Positions 14,161 to 27,467 of a DNA stretch of 64,000 nt are shown here, piece by piece. The DNA is taken from NCBI GenBank assembly GCA_964016885.1, contig OZ024742.1:41912001-41976000 (forward strand). The letters run 5' to 3'. The notes beneath the pieces were generated by a model. It ran no database searches and was not told where the DNA came from. It worked only from the letters and a program-made list of their open reading frames with translations. Position 1 is the stretch's first letter; each line of letters opens with the position of its first letter. This DNA comes from Eledone cirrhosa. Lineage: Eukaryota. The position numbers and the translations under genes were made by a program.

Positions 14161-14697
14161 ATGATAAATTATATTGAATGATCATAACTGGATTGCATAT
14201 AGTGATAGGTTTGCGTGTTAAGTCCTAGCCTGGTGTTGAACAACAATTAACTATCATTTTTAGAAAACCAAAATACAATGTTTAGTATACCTTACTACAA
14301 TATCTTTGTTACAATACTGCCACCATCATCATCAGCTACAGTAGTATCAAGGTTATTAGCAAAGTAAAAATACTGAAATCCAAGAAAACTAGGGTTAGTT
14401 TGCATTGATAGAAATTATATCAATAAAACTTACACAAACATATTTCATTCTTAAAAAATTATCATATCAATGATAACAACTTAGTCAAAACTGGTTCTGG
14501 TCCTAAGGAACCACCCAATTTAAAGGATGCCTATTTAAATTAAAATCTTACAATATGATTTTATATGAGAACCATTTATTAAGTTACTATCTTAGTAATG
14601 AAATAATTAATAATTTTAGTAAATTCTTCTAAATTCTTAATTGAAATAGTCTATTTCATTTTGTGCAGTCACAAAAGGGTTAAACTTGTTTCAGTAT

Positions 14698-14923
14698 TTA
14701 ACCCTTTAGCAATTAAACCAGCCAGAGCCGGCCAGAATTCTCTCACCTCTTTCTGTTCAAACTGGCTGTAACCGGCCACTCATACTGATGTTAAGGTATT
14801 GTTCTCAAAATAAATATCAAAATCTCATCAATTCAATATTATATGAGATAATTATGTAAGATAAAGCCTTTACTGTGAAACTATAATAGTAAATATAGAG
14901 TAATGTAAATGCTAAAGGGTTAA
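14698..14923. mobile_element. Family 2 TTAA MITE
   Basis: TTAACCCTTTAGCA...TGCTAAAGGGTTAA. Confidence 0.85.
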
Positions 14924-14988
14924 TAATAAACCCAAGTCAAATGCTACTTCCACTAACCAATAGCCATATTTCAACTACAACAAACATT

Positions 14989-15214
14989 TTAACTCTTTAG
15001 CATTTGCATTATTCTATATTTACTATTGTAATTTCACAGTAAATACTTTATCTCACATAATTATCTCACTTAATATCAAATCTATGAGATTTTCATATTT
15101 ATTTTAAGAACAATACCCTAACATAAATATGAGTGGCCAGTTATGGCCGATTTGAACAGAAAGAAGTGAGATAATTCTGGCCAGATACAGCTGGTTTAAA
15201 TGCTAAAGGGTTAA
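14989..15214. mobile_element. Family 2 TTAA MITE, inverted relative to 14698-14923
   Basis: Same TIRs; internal sequence is the reverse complement of the neighbouring copy. Confidence 0.85.
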
Positions 15215-15424
15215 GGCTATTTTCACTGCTATAAAAGGTGTTGACCTTGCAGGTCCCGTGATGGGGTCCTTTTTGAGGCAGTGTTTTACAGCTGGATGCC
15301 CTTCCTGGCATAAACCCTTTTAGTCATTTCTTATGACACACAGCAATATGGAGCACCTATTCTAAACCAGATATATATAGAAACAGTATGCTCCAACTTC
15401 ATGTAACAATATCTTACTTTATTA

Positions 15425-15479
15425 ATGTGGCTAGGTTTCAAAGTTTTTACCTTTATTACCTTTTCACTAGTTTTGCTTG
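15425..15479 (+). CDS. Candidate first (signal peptide) exon A of the neuritin-like gene
   Basis: MWLGFKVFTFITFSLVLL plus 1 nt, then GTTAGC. Phase 1 fits exon 32768 and the peptide is strongly hydrophobic, but the donor is weak. Confidence 0.25.
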
Positions 15480-16119
15480 GTTAGCTTTCACCTTTAATGT
15501 AAGTAATCTTTTATTCATAGCATCTGTTTTTTCCAGTTTTGTTCTGTGTTTATGAAAGACTGAGTGCAAGAGAAAACAGTTTGGATATTAAATGCAGCAA
15601 TCAATATGTACAGGAATGGTTGGGAAGTGTACTGTATTTTTATAGAAAATTTAATATGAATGATAACTATTCAGCAAAAATATGTTGTACATTGATAGTG
15701 AAAGGTACCGTTTACTGAAGATTTAAGCTACTGCTAATGAGCATGTGATCAAATACCTTACCTACTTGACCACCTCATCTGCATACACCTTAAATTGCTG
15801 TGATGGGATTCTGGCATTGGTTAGTCATTTCTAGTGATATTTTAAATATTGAAGCCTATATCCATTTATTGAGTGAATTTTCTTTTTGTTTGTTTTTTAC
15901 TGTTTAGTCAAGAAGGAAAGGGTCCATGAACCTTTACTGGGCCTCTGATATTGGTGGGGGGATCAGTTGTACCCAAACTGGAGATCTAGCCCAAATGCTT
16001 GCAACAGAATGGAATCTGCCAAAAGCATCAAACAATACCTGGTTAAATCTACCAAACAAATGTTTTAAGGCAATTTTCCATACTAAAGCAAGGGCCTCAT
16101 TATAAGCTTCCTCACTTTG

Positions 16120-16500
16120 CCTTATTGTTTGCATCCTCCCTCATCAACATGCTAACTTTCATTTCCTCCATGTTTTACTTGGTCTTCCTCTTCTCCTACT
16201 TCGTTCCACATTCATTTTCATCACTCCTCTTACCCAGTCACTTTCATCCTTCCTCAACATATGACCCAGCTATCTTATTCCCTTTCTTTACACAACATTA
16301 ATCACCGATTCTATTCCCATCATCTCCTGCAATTTATTCTTTGTCTTCCTCTGTCTCAGTGATATTCCACTCATCCACCAGACTATTCTCATTTCTGTTC
16401 TTTCCCACCTACTCTGCTGCTCCATCTTCATCACCCATGTCTCGCTTCCATAAATTATGGCACTTTACTCACATGCAGTATACAACTTTTCCTTCAGTTT
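16120..16500 (-). mobile_element. Degraded RTE LINE C-terminal remnant
   Basis: Similar to the reverse complement of the remnants at 35950-36520 and 60830-61130. Confidence 0.55.
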
Positions 16501-16702
16501 CAGCAACCCCCCCCCCCCCCCTTCCTCATTAGTACTCCAATGGATATTGAATTAAGAAATGATGGCATAAGTCTATTTACCTCTAACATTAGTTTTCTTT
16601 CACAGAACCAGAGGCAGTTTCGATTGGTATCAAAAGGGTTAATTATATTAATGCTTGAATGGAAAGCTAAACAGTACTTTTGAGACCATGTATTTTGTAG
16701 TG

Positions 16703-16865
16703 CAGGGTTTCCCAAACTTTTTCAAACGTGGAACACTTTTTGGTCAGAAACTTTTAAGGGAACCTCAGTCTATTACTGTTATATGGTTGTAATATAAATA
16801 TACTCCTCTACTCTTTCCATGGAACCTGAGACACTCCTTTGCGAAACCCACTTTGGGAACCACTG
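16703..16865. mobile_element. hAT-type MITE
   Basis: TIRs CAGGGTTTCCCAAA / TTTGGGAACCACTG; 8-bp TSD TTGTAGTG / TTATAGTG. Confidence 0.8.
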
Positions 16866-17574
16866 TTATAGTGACATCATTTTTTTTTTAAATCCTCCTT
16901 ATAACCTATAAAAAAATCCATGAAGGTCATATTGGCTGGGCAAGATTAATATTAATTGATATTTTTGCCACATATTGTGTAGGTAATCTTGGTTACTTTA
17001 TTCCAAAACAATTAAATACACTTTATATAACAGAATATTTATAAGATGTCCGTACTTGGATATACGTATGTGTCAGCAGTTACTTTTGTCTCTTAATCTT
17101 CAGGGCGCTTTATGTCGCCAACAGAATAATCTCCCCTTAATACATAATGCAGTGTCAAGGGAAGCAATTTATAAAAAATTTCAGCGTGCTAAAGGTTAAT
17201 TCATTCCTTCATCCTAGTAGTGAACTTCTGCATTTGTTTAACCTTGACAGTGGTTTCTACCAGTCTAAATACACATACATTTGATTTTTTTTTTTTTTCC
17301 CTTCAGGGATGGCTTTTTATCTTACAGACTCTATTGAGTGCACTTTGTCATGTTACTAGCGCTTGCCACCTTACAGAGTGTACTGGGTACATTTTATCAT
17401 GACACCCCAAAATTTGCAAAACATGCAAACACTTATTTCCAATTTTCATTCTCAAACACATTTATGGAACTTTACTTTAACTGATTTAGATAAAGATCTG
17501 TTCTATTTTGTCTGAATCCTGTTCTATTTTAACCTGTATTCACAAACTGTGTGTTGTGGTGATTATCATTGCAT

Positions 17575-18090
17575 CTAGCAGAATCAGTAGAGTATCGGAC
17601 AACATGCTTAGCAGCATAGAGTTATGGCCCTTTATGTTCTGAGTGCAAATCCTGCTGAGGTTAGCTTTGCCTTTCATCCTTATGGGGTCGATAAAATAAA
17701 GTACCAGTAATACACTGGTATCGATTTTCTCCTCCCTCCAAATTATTGGCCTTCTACCAAATTGTGAGAAGGTGCATGACTTAGTGGTTAGGGTGTTCAG
17801 CTCATGATCATAGGTTTGTGAGTTTGATTCCTTGTGGCACCTTATGTTCTTGAGCAAGACACATTATTACACATTGTTCTAGTCCAATCAGATGGAAACA
17901 ATTTGTTGTACCTGTAATTCAAAGGACAAATCTTGTCATCCACTCTGTTATGCTGAATTTTCTCAAGAATTGTGTTACAGGTAGGTGTGTCTGTAGAATG
18001 CTCAGCCACTTACATATTAATTTCATGTGCAGCCTGTTCTATTGATCAAGGAATTGAAGCACTCATCATCAGAACTGGCAGTTCTACATA
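17575..18090 (+). mobile_element. Family A SINE (17575-17765) directly followed by a family C SINE (17768-18090)
   Basis: Family A core, then A-box TGACTTAGTGG and B-box GAGTTTGATTCC. Confidence 0.75.
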
Positions 18091-18428
18091 CCAAATAGTA
18101 AGATGTCTATTTTCTCTTGGCATGTAGAAAATAAAAATAAAAAATTATATATAATTTATTCTTGTTGTTATCCTCCCGAATATTCATCATCATCATCATC
18201 ATCGTCCATGTTCAATGCTAGCATGGGTTAGACAACTTGTCCCTTATGATGAGACAAGTCAGATCAGGTGACTGTCTTTCTCATACAGAATGTTTCTGGC
18301 TTGGTTTCTACAACTGGATGCCTTTATTAATGCCAACCACATTTACAGTGTGAACTGGGTGCTTTTTATCATGATACCTACATGACCACTTTACTGTGTG
18401 GACACGGTCCTGTCATCACTTTTGTGTT

Positions 18429-18478
<50 letters not shown>

Positions 18479-19544
18479 TATATATATATAGATATATATA
18501 TAGATATATATGAGTGTGTATATATATATATGTGCATGATCATCATTTAATATCTATTCTCCCTGCTAGAAAGGATTGTATATAAATATATATATATATA
18601 TTTCTTAAAGCTATGTAATATATTAATATATTATTTATTGCATGTTATTTCATACAATGGCATTGAACAACTGTATTTAATAAGTTTGATGGATAAATTT
18701 TCCACAGATAGATTACTATTTGAAACACATCCACTTAAGAAATCACAAGTTAATTCTAACGGCATATATTGTATGTGTGTGTGTGTGTGCACGTGTGCGT
18801 GTGGATGTGTGTGTGTGTTTTGCTAATCTGATGTTTTAGCCTGCAGCTGTAGAACTTGTCAGAACTTGCAAAGAAATGTTAAGAAGGATTTATGTACTAG
18901 TCTACTTTCACTCTTCTACAAAACTACAAGTGGCAGTATGAGAAACATTCATATACTATAATTATTATTGGATCTTAAATACATTTTTTTCCATTGTAGC
19001 CTTCGTTCAATAAAGCTTGGTCAATCTTGCTTCAATGATGTTTTATTTCTTAAAATTAGGTCATCTTCCAAAACCACTAAACTGTTCCTGACATACTCTT
19101 AACTTTTCATATATTTCTCATCATCATCATATTACATCCATTTTCCCATGCCAGTATTGGTTGGTCATTACAGGCCAAGTTACTACTTAATTGGAGCACC
19201 TGCTTTCCTGGACTGGCTGAAGACCAAGTCTTGCTTACATAACATTCCAGTTTTTGGCATGTTTTCTACAACCGGATGTCCATTGAAACAAAACTGCCCA
19301 TTTTAAAGGGTTCCTATTTAAATTAAAATCCTCCAACATTTTATATAAAAACCATTTAAGTTATATTACAAATATTAGTCATTAAATAATGGATAAATTT
19401 AGTTTATCTCTCCAAATTCTTCATAAATTTATTGAAATGCAGTGGGTTTTGTTAAGAATATGGTCACGCAAAGGTTCAATCTAGCTATCTTAGTGTCAAT
19501 AATTCAAATTTTAATTCGAAGCCAAGATATTATGTAACATTGAT

Positions 19545-19710
19545 TGGGTGCAGGCATGGTTGTGTAGGTACAGTCATGGTTGTGTAGGTGCAGTCATGGC
19601 TGTGTGGCACCTTAGACAAGTGTCTTCTACTATAGCATTCAACTGACCAATGGTTTCTGATAGAAATTGAAAGACTGAAACTGTATGGAAGCCCATCATA
19701 TATATGTAGT
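19545..19710 (+). mobile_element. Family B SINE with a triplicated head
   Basis: GGTRCAGKCATGGYTGTGT occurs three times before the family B body. Confidence 0.7.
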
Positions 19711-19849
19711 GTATGTTTGTCTTTGTTTCACAAATGCTACCCTTGTAGCATTTGTTTATATGCCATATATAAATTTGACTCTTAAAGGTTTTCATTCAGC
19801 TGAGCAAATAAATCAGTTGGTCGCATTTAAAGAATCTGAATAAATTAAG

Positions 19850-20300
19850 TCCAGTTGTATAAAAGCATGTGAAGAAATATCTTGAGTCAGTGGATCTGGA
19901 CTGAGAGATGGCAAAAGGCCAGACGGTATGACCATCTTCCCATTCCACAGTGGTAAACCCCTCATCTAGGATGCCACATGCAGCAACACATTCTCCTTCT
20001 CCAGCAGCAACCTGGTTAAGTCTGCGACAAACCCAGGCTCTGCTGCACTTCAGGCCAAGGAGGGTAAACTCTCCAAATATCGGTCGCTCTCTGACAGGTT
20101 TGTGGATGAGGCTGTAGGAGACTTCTGGTGTTCTTGGCCCTAGGGCCACCTTCCTACTCACCACCATCGACACAGAGTTGGCTACCCACAGTTGTGAGCC
20201 TCACGAGTTGGAATGGCTCTTCCAGCATGTCTCCCTCACCATCCTCCAGAGAAACACCTCTATTCTGTCTGCCAGGGCCACAGGCTGGCCAGCACATGGG
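19850..20300 (+). mobile_element. Non-LTR retrotransposon remnant, restriction-like endonuclease region (CRE-like)
   Basis: Disrupted + frame reads DGKRPDGMTIFPFHSGKPLI*DATC...AKEGKLSKY...VETSGVLG...EWLFQHVSL, giving the RPDG, K..KY and ETxG motifs. Confidence 0.75.
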
Positions 20301-20999
20301 ATCCCATTTGCTCACAATAGCAAGAGATGAGGAAAGCAAGAAAGACAGTGGCAGTGGGAGTTTGGTTCCATTGTGTTCGGAGCTGCTGTATATGTATCCT
20401 GTATCATGTTTTACAGACAGACTTTACTATATTTTTTCTCCTTTGAGAGAAAAAAAAAAGGATGCCCCTTCCTCCCTCTGTTTCACATGTTTAGCAGACA
20501 TAGCATCACTACAGTAGTGTTATAGTCTCTGTTAACTTTGAGACTGTGAATCAGCAGAATGCAGCAAATTGTTTTGCAATCTGAAACATTTCTCAATTTG
20601 TTATATAAAACATTTGCTCACTGCCAATCTGGTATGTTAGTTTACCATCATGTTGCCTACTTCCGAGATCAGTGGCTCTCTTTTTGTTTTCATGGCACAC
20701 AGGAGATCAAGTAAAAATAAACTACTGATGAACTTTGAATGGGAAATTTTTTAAATATTATTTTTTATAAAAATATAGTAAACTATTGTTAACCTTGTTT
20801 TATTAAACATCATCATTATCATCACTCCCCCACTCCATTATTGTATGTACAACTTTCATTTTGACATAAATTGAATGGGTTTCTGAGGCAGTGTTTTACA
20901 GTCATATATCTTTCTTGTTGCCAACCATTTTGGTCACCTCTTACAACACATAACATGGTTTATAAAACCAGGATATACACTGTGTATGTATGATAAAAT

Positions 21000-21370
21000 T
21001 ATGAATAACACATATTTCAAGATGCTCAACTATTGATCTCGATTATCTTAATTTTTCTTAATGTCTCTGGGCATCTTCCTACCCATTGATGTCAATGACT
21101 TTGCATATCTTTGTCCTTTGCTTCATCATGAAATTATATTTTATAAAAATCTCTAGTACATCTAGATGTTGTTTGCAGCATAGTGATCCAAGGTATATGA
21201 GAATCACCAGTCTAGAATGATCACATTTCTCCAACTACATATTTAAGCTATAGCTTACTTCTGTCCATATAACTATCTTCTATAAGTGTTGTATAGAAGT
21301 CGACCTTCACAGAATTATCTTTAAGCTTCTGTAACCTACTTTAACGGTTTGCTTTCTTTTCTAATTACCT
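21000..21370 (-). mobile_element. Highly degraded RTE-type RT remnant
   Basis: Minus strand reads FSYLGSL, a post-RT motif; many stops. Confidence 0.45.
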
Positions 21371-21507
21371 CCAGCTCCAAATTAAATTTCTGATATCACT
21401 CATAGTTTCTAAAATTACAATGTTTCTGAAATAAATGGATAAGAACATTAAATAAGCTAACACTGGATTAAAAGTGATCTTTTATATTTGTGTGCAACTG
21501 ATATTTT

Positions 21508-21541
21508 ATGTCGAAAATGATTAGAGGGAAATTTATTTTAA
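21508..21541 (+). CDS. Candidate first exon B of the neuritin-like gene
   Basis: MSKMIRGKFIL plus 1 nt, then a consensus GTAAGT donor. Phase 1 gives MSKMIRGKFILMCYISMVSC, with a rather short h-region. Confidence 0.2.
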
Positions 21542-22274
21542 GTAAGTGTAAAAGTTACGCACTGAGTCAATTTTCTGTTGAATCTGTTTTCTATTATTGT
21601 TGAATTTTTAGATCTGATATTTAATTGCAGGTCACCATCTAATGAGTGGAACCTTACAAAGAATAGTTTAATTATAGCTTGTCACAACTACACATCACTA
21701 TCTTTAATTGCAACATACCAAAGGCAACTGTGAAAAGAATTTAAAAATAACACTTTGAAGAAAGCTTTAATGATATAAACTCTTTCTTCAAATTTGTCTT
21801 CTATAAGATTAGACATTTGAATGTTAATGATGTAGTATTCATAGATTGTTTAAAATTACAAACTATTTTCATAAGGAAATGGCTTGTTTTAATGTTATTG
21901 AACTATAAAAAAAAAACAGACAACAAACATTTAAAGGCCATTTTCCCTGCCAGACCCATGACAGGCTCTGTACTCAACATGGAGGTCATTCTTTTTGAGA
22001 CAATCATTTCTGTCTGGACGTTTTACCTGGTGTCAACACTTTAGTTGACTCTTATAACATGAGATATAATAATACTACAAGTGTTTTAAGGTTATTTCCA
22101 TACTAAAGCAGGAATCAGCCTTGTGGGCCTCATGACAGGCTTCATACTCATTACAGGGTCCTTTTTGAGGCAATGTTTTATGGCTGAATGCCCTTCCTTG
22201 TGTCAACTATTTACTCACCTCTTATAACACATGGATATGGTATACCTATTCTAAACTAGATGCACACAACATAA

Positions 22275-22615
22275 ACACTTAAATTTTGTCAACACACTAA
22301 CGTGTATGTGTGTGTGTGTGTGTGCATATGCATACATTTATATGTATGAGTATATAAATATAAACGAGCAAACACAGACACTTACAAACATACATTCACA
22401 CACTACACATTTACACACACACATACTCAAACACACATTCACACACACATTTACACAAACACACATATACATGCACACAGCGTAGCAAATGGAATGCCAG
22501 CTGCTGTTATGCTATAGTTTTTTTCACCATCCCCTTCCTTCTTTTTACACTCACACACACATACACACATTGTATGACAGACGGACGGAGGTTGCTCAAA
22601 TTTATATATAGATTG
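22275..22615 (-). mobile_element. Non-autonomous Helitron-like element with internal CA-rich tract
   Basis: Reverse-complement homolog of 32332-32653; minus-strand 5' end TCTATATATAAA. Confidence 0.6.
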
Positions 22616-23749
22616 GCAACACTTATTTTAAAAAGACAATTTTTTTGTGATACATTACTTATTTTCCTGCTCCAGCTCATGAGTTGTGGACATGCTGGAG
22701 CACTGCCATTAATTAAGTTTAGTACATTACTGAACTATTAATACAGAATCTTCATCATTGGATTCTTAAGTAATTTCATCCGCTCACATTACATTCTGTT
22801 GATTTATTTTCCAGTTATCTTCAACAGATTTTCTTTAATTTAATAAGAGCAACATATAGTATTAGCAATTGGAAAGACCATTGGAAACATTGTTTCCTTG
22901 GTCTGATTTGACGAGCTTCACCCCACTCGTTAAGCAAATGAGGTCTGAGATCTTGTCAATTGACTGTCAATATATTAGTGTTCATATATTATATATTATA
23001 CATCCTTTACTCAAAATGCATTTAAAATATGCATGTATAATATATAAATTTTTATTGGTCAGTTATTTGTTTTTTCAATGGTGTTAAACAGGTATGCAGT
23101 AAGGTATATGTTGCACTTTTTAGCAGTTCCAGGTTGTTTTTGCTATTGCACAGTAGTTACTTGCTGTATTTACTGTTGCACTTTTCAGCAGGTTCTGTCT
23201 TTGTCAATACACTTCTCAGGAGTCAAACATTGTCATTGACATTGCAATTCTTGGCAGTAGCATATTGTCTATGTCACTGCACTTTTCTGTTTAAACTCCC
23301 AACTTATATATGACTAAATATGTCCAAATTCTTGATTTTCAAATTTACTTTTTAAATCATAGACAATGTCTTTCATTAAAAATCATCATCATTTAAGGTT
23401 GTCGTGTCATGTTCTTCTTTCTCAATGTGGAATGGATGGGTAAGATGTGAATTGGTAAAATATTATGGGTAAGTGATAATAGATGAGGGGGGAATAAGTA
23501 TAATGTCAGGGTGTATGGCAGGTGTAGTGGGGATTCAAATGGGTGATGTGAAAAAGAGGAGGGTGAGAAAGGATGTCATGGGTATATGACAAGCATGTTA
23601 GAGTTTGACAGGGTTATGCAAAAAAAGGAAGGAAGGGGAGCACTGTTATTAGAATTGCTATGAGTGATCTGTTAGGATCTAAAAGGGGATCCTGAATTTG
23701 TTACTAAGGAGCAATGGTGGAGTAGAGTATGGATGGGTTAGGTTACATT

Positions 23750-24170
23750 CTTATGCTGGTAGGCCAGTTCTGTCCAGTTCAGAATGTCGCCAATCCTTGT
23801 AGTCCTTTGTCATCTTTGTCATTGGATTCAGCTTTTTAAGGTTGGTCTTCAACACTTTATCATATGTCTTTCTAGGTCTGCCACTTTCACGAATCACATC
23901 CACTGAGATTTCTCTGCACATTTTTATATAGCTGTCTTCTTCCATACACATCACATGTCCATACCATCAGTCTTCTCTCCTGCACTCTATATTGAATTTC
24001 TTTTATACATAGTTTTTCTCAGCTCATTTCTGCTGACGTTCATGCACACAAACGTTACACATCCATCAAATGATACTTGTTTCATTTTTTAGCCTTCATT
24101 GATCTTCTGCACTGAAGACCCATGTTTCACTGCATTACAGTTGGCATCATACTAATGGAATAAAGCATCA
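23750..24170 (-). mobile_element. Degraded RTE LINE C-terminal fragment
   Basis: ORF 23751..23954 (MCMEEDSYIKMCR...GRPRKTYD) is homologous to 48747..49145. Confidence 0.75.
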
Positions 24171-24449
24171 GCTTCAAACAAATGTGTGTGTGTGTGTGTG
24201 TGTGTATCTGTGTGTGTTTATGAACTATCTTCATATTTTTTAGTGGTAAGAATAGGATGTCATTATCCATAATTCAAATTTGTCAATTTTCATCTCAGTT
24301 TGTAATTTGTAATTTTTCAAAATACATTAATTAACAAATATGAAGTTAACATGTTCATAAAACATTTCCTGCAAAATTTATGCTGGACAATATCAAATAT
24401 AATAATTTTCACTTTAGCATGTTGCTATTCTGTTACAATGCCTCATTCC

Positions 24450-24820
24450 CATAACTGAATGGTTAAGAAGTTTACTTCACAATAACGAGGCTCCTGGTTT
24501 GATCCCAATGTGGGGCATCTTAGACAAATGTCTTTCACTATAGCCCTAGATTGGCTCATGTCTTGTGAGTGAAATTGGGGAGAGAGAAATTGTTTGGAAG
24601 CTCTTAGATGGACAATAGCTGTAATTCAAAGCGATAGCCTTGTTATACTGAGTCATGCTGAATCATCATCATTGATTAACATCTATCAGATCTCTCTCTG
24701 AATTATGTGAAGAGTACACATTTCTGTCTGGAATACTCAAACCACTGGCATGTTAATTTAATGGGTAAGCTGTTTTGTTAATAGAACTACAATCATCTTC
24801 AAAACCGACGGAGATCCATT
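24450..24820 (+). mobile_element. SINE with family B head and family C-like tail
   Basis: B-box GGTTTGATCCC, body CTTGTGAGTGAAATT, tail similar to 17910-18090. Confidence 0.6.
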
Positions 24821-24879
24821 TTTTTTTTTTTTTTAAAGCCCCTTTGCATACTTAAGTATATTTTTGACATATATAATTA

Positions 24880-25090
24880 GAACAACTTGAAATAAATAAG
24901 CAGTGTGAGAACAATACATAGACCACCACCATTCTCCCACATGCCTGAACAATGTGGGAGAATGCTCTCCAATGTGTAGAACCCGAGGTACATACCGTGT
25001 CATGGTCTCAGTGGACAAAATAGAGAAAGTGTTACCCCAGAGGATAGCAAGCGAAATCCATTGAAATAACCATTCCATAAACAAGTTTCA
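24880..25090 (-). mobile_element. 3' fragment of a CRE-like non-LTR element
   Basis: EWLFQWISLAILWGNTFSILS matches the C-terminal motif at ~20210-20270. Confidence 0.6.
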
Positions 25091-25126
25091 AAATCTGTAG
25101 AAGTATTGAAATGGTGTCCTATTGTG

Positions 25127-25242
<116 letters not shown>

Positions 25243-25790
25243 AGCTACGTCTATTATATAATTATATATTTTGCACTACTTCTACATCATTAAGAATAAA
25301 AACTTGACACATCCATTGCTCCTCCCTTCCTTGTGTCTCTTAAATTTATTTGTTACAGTGACTGAATCTTTTCTCAATTCTGCTGTACTACACTCTCCTT
25401 AAATTACTTGATGCACTTACTGCACCTCTCCTCCTTCTATATACTGTAATGCACTCAGAAACTTGCATTCATTTCACTTACTGCATCTTTTTTCATATCT
25501 GCTGTACAGAACTCTCCCAAAATTGATGCACTCACTGCATCTTTTCTCATATTTTCATCTTATCTACGCTAGCATGGGTTAGATGAGTTGTCCTGTTGTG
25601 GGCAATGCCAAGGTCAGGTGACTATGTCTTATCATACAGAACTGATTTTGACTTGGTTTCTACAGCTGGATGCCTTTCCTAACACCAACCTCATTTACAG
25701 TGAGTACTGGGTGCTTTTTTTTTGTTGCCACCATCACAACCATTTTACAGTGTGGGCTGGGCACTTTTTGTCGTGTCACCATCAGAACCC

Positions 25791-25837
<47 letters not shown>

Positions 25838-26339
25838 ACAAGAATCAAAGCTATGTTCAAAACATTTATTCACTTACAATTGTTTCTTCCAAACCTAGGC
25901 TTGGAGTCTTCGGAGCAATTTTTAATGTTTGTACATATAATTGATCTCCCAGTCAATGCAAGAGACATACAGATACATATATATATATTGATGTACAGTG
26001 TGGAGTGGCATATATTATACTATATAATATTTGTATAGTAATTCAAATTAAAATCAAGATTAAAATACATGCGACAGATAACACAGATAATGCAAGAGGA
26101 TAGTTCGATAATCAGATCTAGTAGATAGTGTATGCGTTAGTCATACATGGGGCATGCAAATGTGTCTCATTTATATAAGAGTATTTGTGGCAAGGTATTA
26201 CATGTAATACAAGCACTTTAAGTGGGTAAGCAAGAGTATTATGGTGGTTGCAGTGGTGGGGTATTTTTTGTACAGATCAAAGTAGTATGTGTGCAGAAAA
26301 AGAAAGTTATAGTTTTCACATCCACACATATATATACAT

Positions 26340-26391
<52 letters not shown>

Positions 26392-26939
26392 TATGATTGA
26401 TTGGGTTTTAAAGAAAAGAAATTACTGTTACTGCTACCACTAGGTATGCATCACACATGTGATGCATATGAAGATGACAGCTGTATCACACATGTGATGC
26501 ATATGAAGATGACAGCTGTATAAAAAAGTGTAGGGCACTCAAAGTTGATGGAAGCTATTGAAGAGAAAGATCTAGGAAGGTTTGCAATGGGGTGATAAAA
26601 GCTTATCTTGCACAAATGTACCTCATAAAGGCAATGACACAAGATCAAGATCTCTGGCATTGTGCTGTACTGTAGAAGACCTGCCTTCCCATGTGCATGG
26701 GATGAAGCAAACATCTAGTGGTCTCTAGTATACACCACTTCTCCCCACCTTCCATATACCTCCCACATCTTAACACTCCACCCTTCACCAGCTATGCACT
26801 CCACCCCACCCTAGACCCATGTCTCTAATCCCCACTCTACATACATGCATCCCTCTCACTTCCACATCTCCTGACTAACCCATGTATACAAGCATGGAAA
26901 GCTGGACATACTCTCCTACAATGCTACTGAAATGGCTAA

Positions 26940-27455
26940 AAGCTCTGTCCACCCTGTAAGGTGGTCATGCAGGTGATACAACAAAAACCTCTAGTCCTGC
27001 CTGTAAGGTGGTCATGCAGGTGACATGACAAATAAGCACCTAGTCCACCCTGTAAGGTGGTCATGTTGGTGACGAGACAAAAAGACACTGTGTCCAATCT
27101 GTAAACTGGTTGCATTGATGGCACAACAGAAGACGTCCAGTCCACCCTGTGGAGTGATCTGGCTGGTGACACAACAAAAAGCACCCAAACTGCCTAATAA
27201 GGTGGTTGTGTTGATGACACGACAAAAGCGCACAGTCCGCCCTGTAATGTGGTCGTGTTGGTGACATAACAAAATGCACCCAGTCTACTCTGTAAACGTG
27301 GTTGGCATTAAGAAGGCCATCCAGCCATAGAAACAAAACCAGAAACAGTTCTGTATGAGCAAGACATGGTCATCTGACCTGACTTGTTTCACGAGACAAC
27401 TCATCTAACCCATGTTAGCGTGGAAAAATAGACGTTAAATGGTGATGATTATATA
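26940..27455 (+). repeat. ~42 bp tandem array derived from the RTE 3' UTR, followed by an RTE-type tail
   Basis: About 8 units of AGTCCACCCTGTAAGGTGGTCATG...AAAAAGCACC, then ...GACGTTAAATGGTGATGAT. Confidence 0.85.
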
Positions 27456-27467
27456 TATATATATATA

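Noticed and set aside
26936-27336. Repeated-peptide ORFs and array-like structure
   Set aside because: Tandem expansion of an RTE 3' UTR unit with no unique spacers.
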